DNA of 64,000 nt from a virus, in IMG/VR virus record IMGVR_UViG_3300036760_001167, positions 32,001 to 96,000 of that record; one strand, 5' to 3'. A model generated the notes under the pieces. That model did not search any database. It was not told the DNA's origin and was given only the letters and a program-made list of their open reading frames with translations. This document shows positions 57,588 through 64,000 of this stretch, piece by piece (the stretch's first letter is position 1; each line of letters opens with the position of its first letter). Made by a program: the position numbers and the translations under genes.

Positions 57588-59408
57588 AGCGCCCGCCGCC
57601 CCTCGAGGTACTCGAGCAGGACGCCCAGGTTGACCGTGACCTCCGTCGACGAGTAGTGCTGCATGCCGCCGCGCATGACGGGCTGCGGGTGCAGGACCTC
57701 GGGGACGCGCGAGAAGGCGACGCGGGCCGCCTCGCGGTCGCTCGCCGCCTGGCTCGCGATCGCCCGGCGGCGGGCCTGCTCGACCTCCTCCGCGACGGCC
57801 TCGGCCCACGGCTTGTCCAGCTGGCCGAGCATCATCACTTCCGGGGCCCACTCCCCGGTCCGCCCGTTCTGCGTGGCGACCGCGACGCCGGACTTGTTCG
57901 GCGAGTACCCGCGGCCGGGCCCGTCGCTGACGGGGAAGAACCTGCCGGTGTGCGCCGTGCCGAACCGCCCCATGTACTCGCGGCTCTCGTCCCACGGCTC
58001 GGTCGCGACGACGACCGCGCGGTACCCGCGCTTGGTGGCAACCTCGAGCCCGACCTCCAGGTCGCGGCGCTTCACGACGCCCGCCTCTCGTCGCGCGCCT
58101 GCGCCGCTGCCGGCTCGACGCAGTCCCAGTGGACGGGCATGCCCTCGACGCGGGGAGTCTGCGGGAGCACTGTGATCCCGCGCTCGCAGTACCCGCACGT
58201 CTCGGACTCGGCCGCCTTCTGCACGTAGTGCGCCTGAACCAGGTCGGCGAACACCGTCCGCCAGCCGATGCCGGAGGCGGGGTCGGTCACGACGCGGTTG
58301 CAGCCGGGGCACGCGTCGGGGAACAGGCGCGTGTCGTGGTGCTCCGGCAGGCTCGCGACGCGGCGGAGGATCCCGGCCAGGTCGACCTTCCCCTCGAGCG
58401 GGCCGACGCCGTCGGTCTCGAGCCAGGAGTTCAGGGCGGCGATCGCCGCGGCTGCCTCGTCGAAGTCCCTCATCGCGCGCCTCCTTCCCAGTCGTGCTCC
58501 TCGCAGAGCTCGTGCAGCATCTCAAGCGCCTCGACGCGCGCGTCCTGCTCGTCTCGCTGCTCCTCGTCCATCTCAGCTCTCCTTCGTCTCGGGCCGCGGG
58601 TCCGCGGCGGTCTCGGTGCGGTTGGTGGCGTCCCAGGCCTCGACGCGCTGGCGCGCGAGCGAGCCGGTGCGGGTGCCCGCCAGGTCGGAGGCGGTGCGCT
58701 CGTCCTCACAGACTTCGCAGCCGTCCTCGTACTCGTCGGCGTGGCCCAGGTGCTCGCGCCTCGCCAGGTCGCGCCGGAACGCCTCGCGGGATCTCGCGCT
58801 CGTCGCGCTCGTCTGTCATCGGAGGGCCTCGCGCATCTCAGCCTCGGTGCAGCGGCACGCGTCCGCGGCGATGAGGAAGCCGAGCGCGTCGCGCCGGTCA
58901 GCCTCGATGCAGTGGAAGTCGTCGCCGAGCCCGGTGCGCGCCCCAGCGGTGGCCGCAGCAGCCGAGCACGCGATCGCTCCGCGCGTCGCTGGCCTGGGCC
59001 TTGCGGAAGTCGTAGCCGCTGCGCATCAGCTGACCGCCTTCGCGTCTTCCCCGAGGTCCTCGAGGTGGTGGCCGCGGCAGGGTGCTGGCGTTCCAGGTCA
59101 CGATCTCGTTGCAGCATGCGGAGTAGCCCTGGTCGCCGGTGTTCAGGTCCTCGTAGTCCGTCGAGCCGCAGTTCTCGCAGTGCGTCTCGTTGATGGTGCA
59201 GCCGCTCGCGGTCACTTGAGGTCGCCCGCCTTCGCGACGAACTCCATGGCCGGGCGGTGCGGGCGGAAGACGTCGGCGCCGTCCGGGATCTGGACCGTGT
59301 CGCCGCAGTAGACCGAGGTCAGGACGAGCGGCGCGTAGCCGCGGACGATGCCGGAGACGACGTTGTCGCCGCGCTCGTCCGTCCACTTCGCGATCAGGTG
59401 GCGGTTCA

Positions 59409-59693
59409 TCAGGAGTCCAGTCCGTGGAAGGGGTCTGCTTCGATCTTGGCCTGGAGGGCGGCGGCGGCGGCGGTGCGCTTCGCGTCCTGCGTGCGCTGCC
59501 AGTCCGCGGAGGCCGCTGCCTCGATGCGCGCGACGTGGCCGCTGTTGGTGACGACGCTGCCGTCCTCGCGGAGGAGCTCCCACATAGTGTCGCCCGCGCC
59601 CGCCGCGCGCTCGGTGGGCCGGATGGTGGCAACGCTCTTCGCGGTGTACCCCTTCGGCAACCTCATTCCCGTCTCCTTCTTCGTCGTGGTCAT
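59409..59693 (-). CDS. Hypothetical protein, likely leaderless
   Basis: ATG follows GATAAT of element copy 5 after a 6-nt gap; no Shine-Dalgarno. Confidence 0.65.
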   Translation of the reverse strand: MTTTKKETGMRLPKGYTAKSVATIRPTERAAGAGDTMWELLREDGSVVTNSGHVARIEAAASADWQRTQDAKRTAAAAALQAKIEADPFHGLDS

Positions 59694-59696
59694 GCT

Positions 59697-59775
59697 TCTA
59701 TTATCGGCTGCGCGGGCCCTCCGGCGTACCGCCCGGAAGGCTGGTGTCTCGCAGGGGGCGGCCTAGGTCGAAGGG
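59697..59775 (-). promoter_or_regulatory. Conserved promoter/operator element, copy 5
   Basis: ctattatcggc..gtaccgcccggaagg..cctaggtcgaagg (spacing 1 nt shorter). Confidence 0.75.
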
Positions 59776-59966
59776 CCCGGGGAAGGTAAGGTTTCCTTAC
59801 CTTCTCGCGCGAGGGTCTACGCTGCCGGGCCTGACCGCGGCGGAGCGCGGCGCGTGCGGGCCGACGCCCGCGCCTCTGTCGCTCGGCCTGTGCCAGTGCG
59901 GCGCGCCGCGCTGCCCGCAGCGCGGGTCGGAGCACTGGTCGCCGAGCGCCTCGCGCGGCGCACCGC

Positions 59967-60584
59967 TCATCCGCGCGCCTCGAGCTCGGCCTCGATGGCG
60001 GCGATCGCCTCCGCGTCGTCGTTCTCGCGGAGCACGTCGGCCAGCGTGCGGCGGAGCTTCTCGTCGCCCATCGACCCGAAGTTGCGGAGCCTCCCGCTCG
60101 GGCCGCGGCCGACGCCGGTCTTGATCTCGGGCTCGGCGTCCTCGTCCGTGCCGATCGGCTCGCTGTCCAGGCCCGTCGCGTCGCGCGCCTCGGGCGCCGC
60201 CGCGGCGGCGAGCATCCCGTCGAGCATGCGGCCCAGCTCCTCGTCCTTCTCGTCGCTCGGGTCCTCGCCGATGAAGACGACGCGGAGCTCTGCGACGCGG
60301 CCCTCGTCGTTGCGCCGGACGAAGACGGGGTACTGCCCGTCGCCGTACCCGCTCGAGACCACGATGCCGACGCCGCTCCCGCCGATCGCCTGCGCCACGT
60401 CGCTCATGGCGGTGTGCGGGCCGTGCTCCGCTGCCGCGCCGAAGCTCTCGGGCCAGGTGCGCTCGAGGAACTCCTGCCAGGTCTCGACGGCGCTGGTCGC
60501 GTCGCGCCCCTGCGTGTAGCACGGGTCGCCGACCATCACGCAGCCGGCGTCCACGCTGATCGTTCCTGCGCTCTCCCAAGTCAT
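59967..60584 (-). CDS. DUF4241-like protein fused to a GRLRNF module
   Basis: ISVDAGCVMVGDPCY ... SSGYGDGQYPV; C-terminal GRGPSGRLRNF. Confidence 0.7.
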   Translation of the reverse strand: MTWESAGTISVDAGCVMVGDPCYTQGRDATSAVETWQEFLERTWPESFGAAAEHGPHTAMSDVAQAIGGSGVGIVVSSGYGDGQYPVFVRRNDEGRVAELRVVFIGEDPSDEKDEELGRMLDGMLAAAAAPEARDATGLDSEPIGTDEDAEPEIKTGVGRGPSGRLRNFGSMGDEKLRRTLADVLRENDDAEAIAAIEAELEARG

Positions 60585-61295
60585 CTCGCTGCCTCCTGTT
60601 CCGCGCGCCTCCGCGCCTCCCACTCCTCGATGGTGCTGACCCGGACGGGATGCACCTCGCTGTCCTTGACGCGCCACGGGACGACGCGCCGGCCCTTCGG
60701 CCCTTCGCACCGCACAAGCGACTCGCCCATGCCGCGCTTCGCCTCCGACCACTTCGCCTTGGCCGCGGGCATCAGGCACCTAGCGCCTTCGCCGCCGCCT
60801 CACCCGCGTCGTCGACGTACACGATCACGGCCCTGGTGGCGCCCGCCGATCGGGCGACGGACTCTAGCGCGCCGGACAAGCCCGGCGCGAGCTCCTCACC
60901 CGCGGGCAGCTCCAGCGCCAGCATGACGCATGACCTCGAGCCGCGTGAGCTCGAGGGCCCTATCTCCCCGCGGCGCGGACCCTGTCGCGCGCGTACAGCG
61001 AGGCCGAGCTGGCCGAGTACCGAGCAGGACTGACCGCGCGGTACGCGCGGCTCAGCGGCAAGAGAGGAGCGCAGCATGAAGACGGAGGCAGAGGAGCGGG
61101 AGCAGCGGCACGCGCGCTGGGACCGCGAGCACCACGCGGCGATGGCGGCTGTGAGCCGTTGCTTCCGCTCGACGAGCGAGTCGAACCACGCCTGCCTTAC
61201 GCTCTTACGCTCGTGGCCGCGGGCGCACGTCGCCAGGTCGGAGTTCATGCGGTCCAGCTCGCGGCAGATCCTGCAGTCGCGCTGCTCGGTCGCCA

Positions 61296-62321
61296 TTAGA
61301 TGGTCGCCGCCTGGTCGGCCACTGTGCAGTCGGCCGCGGCCTTGTCGGTGCGGACCCGCTTGAACTGCGGGTGCCGCAGCCCGCCGGTCGGCATGAGCCC
61401 CATGTGGGCGATCTCGACGACTTGCCCCTTGAGGCTGCCGCCGCGCCACGCGGCGGTGAAGCTCGCGCGCTCCGCGTCGTCCATGCCGCTGCACTGGCCT
61501 TGCTCGACGAGGACGCCGTCGGCGTCGAACTGGCCGAAGACCAGCGCGCCGACCTGGTTGAGGAACTTGCCCTTGCCCTCGGTCGCACCCATCAGCACGA
61601 CGTCCGCGGTCCACGTCGCCTTGACCTTGAACCAGCCCGCGCCCCGCTTGCCGCTCGCGTACCGCGCGCCCGGGTCCTTGACGATGGCGCCCTCGAAGCC
61701 CTGCGCGATGAGCTCGGCGACGCGCGCCTCGCTGTTCTCCCACTGCGGCGCGATCTGGATGCAGGCCGCGAAGTCGTAGGCGGAGAGGGCCGCGTCGAGG
61801 AACGCGCGGCGGTCGCGGAGCGGCAGCGCCCGCGTGTCCTTGGAGTCGAACTCCAGGACGTCGAAGACGACGTACGTGATGCGCGCCTCGAGCGGGCGGT
61901 AGGAGTCGCTGCCGAGCACCTGCTGCGCGATGCCCCAGTCGTTCGTGCAGTCGTCCTTGAAGCTGCACGCCTCGCCGTCGAGCCAGGTGCCGACGGGCAG
62001 CGCCATGAGCTCGGCCTCGACCGATCGCAGGAGGCCGCTCTTCTCGGCGCCGCTGCGCGCGAAGATCCGCACGCGGTCCGTGTCGCGGTAGGCGTAGATC
62101 CGGTGTCCGTCGTACTTGATCTCGAGGAGCGTGCAGCGCGCGAGGTCTGCGGGCTTCGGCTTCCCGGCCAGCTGGCCGAGCGCGTTGACGCGCGTCTCTT
62201 CGGGCCTCACGACTTCGTCGCCTTGTTCGTCGCTGCTCCGCAGGTTGGGCAAACGTTCTTCGGCATCTCTGCCGCGAGCCACTCCATGCCCTTGGCGGGC
62301 GCGAGCGGCTTGTGCGTGCAC
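61296..62321 (-). CDS. ATP-dependent DNA ligase
   Basis: EIKYDGHR, LDGE, VFDVL, EGAIVK, WFKVK, LRHPQF..RTDK; start codon uncertain. Confidence 0.93.
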   Translation of the reverse strand: MHAQAARARQGHGVARGRDAEERLPNLRSSDEQGDEVVRPEETRVNALGQLAGKPKPADLARCTLLEIKYDGHRIYAYRDTDRVRIFARSGAEKSGLLRSVEAELMALPVGTWLDGEACSFKDDCTNDWGIAQQVLGSDSYRPLEARITYVVFDVLEFDSKDTRALPLRDRRAFLDAALSAYDFAACIQIAPQWENSEARVAELIAQGFEGAIVKDPGARYASGKRGAGWFKVKATWTADVVLMGATEGKGKFLNQVGALVFGQFDADGVLVEQGQCSGMDDAERASFTAAWRGGSLKGQVVEIAHMGLMPTGGLRHPQFKRVRTDKAAADCTVADQAATI

Positions 62322-62338
62322 TTGTTCACGGTGCGCTC

Positions 62339-62491
62339 CTAACGGTAGGCGCGGCGGAGGCCGCGCGCGAGTGCTGCGGTTATCTGGTCGGAGGAGAGCG
62401 CGCCGCGCGCGGGCTTCGCGGCGGGGCGCTGCGCGGCCGCGCGGCGGAGCCCTCTCACGATTGCCTGGCGGGTCTGCTCGTTCGTCCTCAT
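62339..62491 (-). CDS. Small basic protein, likely leaderless
   Basis: ATG follows GATAAT after a 6-nt gap; internal repeat RGLRRA x2. Confidence 0.55.
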   Translation of the reverse strand: MRTNEQTRQAIVRGLRRAAAQRPAAKPARGALSSDQITAALARGLRRAYR

Positions 62492-62494
62492 GCC

Positions 62495-62585
62495 TTCATT
62501 ATCGGCTCTTCGGGCCGTGCGGAGGATGGGCCTATCGGGCCGTCTTCTGGCGGCCGGCGGCCTAGACCCTTGGTCCAGTATAATC
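62495..62585 (-). promoter_or_regulatory. Conserved element copy 6, with a possible divergent TATAAT on the plus strand
   Basis: ttcattatcggc ... cctag with the same spacing; TATAAT at 62579-62584. Confidence 0.65.
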
Positions 62586-62636
62586 ACGGCCGAGTGATTC
62601 CAAGCCAGATGGCCGTCGCTTTCAAGGGATAGCAAC

Positions 62637-63029
62637 ATGCCAGCATGCTACCATAGTTGGGTAAGGGAGGGAAGCGCCGCCCGTCAGCCGGCCGCCCGGA
62701 TCGTCACCCCGGCTGATCTCCGCGCGACGCTGCTCGAGGTGGGGCCGGTCTGCGTCGGCGTCGACTGGTTCACGTCGATGGACTCGCCCGTCCAGGAGCA
62801 CGACAACTCCTACCTCCCCGTCGACTTCGCGTCCGCGGTCCGCGGAGGCCACGAGTTCGTGCTCAACGCGATCGACCTCGAGCCCGCGGCCGGCCCGCCG
62901 TTCTACCGCATGAAGAACAGCTGGGGCAAGGGCTGGGCGCACGGCGGCACCGCGCGGATCGCCTGCGCGAAGATGGAGGCGCTCCTGTTCGGGTACGGCG
63001 GCGACGCGGTCCTGATCGACGAGGTATGA
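62637..63029 (+). pseudogene. C-terminal half of a papain-like (C1) peptidase
   Basis: GPVCVGVDW, GGHEF, KNSWGKGW; the Q..CW nucleophile region is absent. Confidence 0.6.
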
Positions 63030-63041
63030 CAAGGAGGCACC

Positions 63042-63416
63042 GTGAGCACCATCCAGAGGACCGTGACCGTGACCGCCGGGGCCGAGGGAGCGGCGAGACC
63101 GTCGCCGACCTGAGGCACGTGCGGAAGATCGTCAAGACGCTCATCGCGGGCCACCGCCGCAGACAAGGGTGTCGCGGCGCTCGAGCTCGTGTCGGACCCC
63201 GACGGCCCGGCCGAGGAGCAGCACTTCCTCGTGACCGGCGCCGCGGGCGACTACACCTTCGGGACGCCCATCGAGAAGGACGACGGCAGCGGCCAGACGA
63301 CGGGCGGGGACTTCGCGTACTCCGACAACATCGAGGTCGGCCCCAGGATCGGGCTCCGCATCAGCGGCGCCAGCGAGGGCGACGCGTACGACGTGACCTT
63401 CACGTTCGAGATCTGA
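63042..63416 (+). pseudogene. Hypothetical gene with two apparent frameshifts
   Basis: RBS AAGGAGG and GTG at 63042; the coding-like frame shifts near 63088 and returns near 63150. Confidence 0.45.
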
Positions 63417-63420
63417 CGCG

Positions 63421-63493
63421 TAGGCACCGAGGGACTCGAACCCTCGACCCGCTCCGTGTGAAAGAGCCGCTCTGGCCGCTGAGCTAGGCGCCT
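63421..63493 (-). tRNA. tRNA-Val(CAC)
   Basis: Cloverleaf; anticodon loop TTCACAC; GGTTCGAGTCC T arm. Confidence 0.9.
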
Positions 63494-63494
63494 G

Positions 63495-63570
63495 TAACGG
63501 TGGCCGGATTCGGACCGGCGATCTCGGGATTATGAGCCCCGCGGGGACGGCCAGACTCCCCTACACCGCA
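63495..63570 (-). tRNA. tRNA-Met(CAT), initiator-like
   Basis: Loop CTCATAA; G-rich anticodon stem CGGGG/TCCCG; 1:72 mismatch. Confidence 0.85.
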
Positions 63571-63571
63571 G

Positions 63572-63642
63572 TAGTCCCAGCGGGGGTCGAACCCGCGCCG
63601 ACGGCTTGAGGGGCCGGCGTCCTTCCACTAGACCATGGGACC
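63572..63642 (-). tRNA. tRNA-Glu(CTC)
   Basis: GGTCCCA acceptor, GTCTAGTGG D arm, loop CCCTCAA. Confidence 0.85.
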
Positions 63643-63652
63643 GCGCACTTCG

Positions 63653-63725
63653 TGGACCGCCACGGACTCGAACCGTGACCTCACCGATGAAGAGTCGGGT
63701 GTGCTGCCTCTAACACCTGCAGTCC
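63653..63725 (-). tRNA. tRNA-Lys(CTT), atypical
   Basis: Cloverleaf with loop CTCTTCA; A8 and C37 deviate from consensus. Confidence 0.7.
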
Positions 63726-63726
63726 G

Positions 63727-63800
63727 TAGGAACGGGCGGTCTCGAACCGCCGACCTCCGCCTTATCAGGGCGGCGCTCTAACCTGCTGAGCTACGTTCCA
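63727..63800 (-). tRNA. tRNA-Ile(GAT)
   Basis: Loop CTGATAA; canonical D and T arms. Confidence 0.9.
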
Positions 63801-63801
63801 G

Positions 63802-63873
63802 AGCCGGCTCCAGGACTCGAACCCGGACTGCCACCTTACGACGGGGGCGTGCTGCCATTGACACTAAGTCGGC
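63802..63873 (-). tRNA. tRNA-Thr(CGT)
   Basis: GCCGACT acceptor; loop GTCGTAA; GGTTCGAGTCC T arm. Confidence 0.8.
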
Positions 63874-63950
63874 ATGCGACCGGCGGCCCCGCTACCGCGT
63901 TCCCCCGGACGTTGTCCGGGTTGCCGCGGGCCACGAGCTGCCTGTCAGCG

Positions 63951-64000
63951 AGCGGTGCACGGGGCTCGAACCCGCAACCTCCACCTTGGCAAGGTGGCGT
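63951..64000 (-). tRNA. tRNA-Gly(GCC), 5' part beyond the window
   Basis: CCACC-TTGCCAA-GGTGG anticodon arm and T arm visible. Confidence 0.85.

Overview
A 64-kb segment of a large, very GC-rich tailed-phage genome, most likely infecting an actinobacterium (LAxTG sortase motif, leaderless genes, actinophage-type terminase). Almost all genes are on the minus strand and many are coupled by ATGA/GTGA overlaps. The window holds: a packaging module (HNH, Dam, a CTAG-rich non-coding block, TerS, a J-domain gene, TerL); a replication/recombination block (primase-helicase, SSB, Sak4, PD-(D/E)XK nuclease, SNF2 helicase, RuvC, PolA, RNase H, ligase); many nucleotide-metabolism genes (NrdJ, dCMP deaminase, ThyA-like enzyme, HD, MazG and DUF5664 hydrolases); RtcB; eight tRNAs; and many small hypothetical ORFs. 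No intact portal, capsid or tail operon is present. Most notable: (1) a 767-aa protein that reads as a patchwork of short portal, capsid, prohead-protease, tail-tube and terminase motifs, plus a separate shrunken HK97 capsid homologue, together a candidate structural-epitope decoy system; (2) a TadE/TadG pseudopilin pair sharing a Cys-bounded domain with a nearby sortase-anchored surface protein; (3) a ~1.07-kb structured non-coding region with a duplicated module; (4) six copies of a ~100-bp fixed-spacing promoter/operator element. All family calls come from reading motifs by eye; no database search was run.
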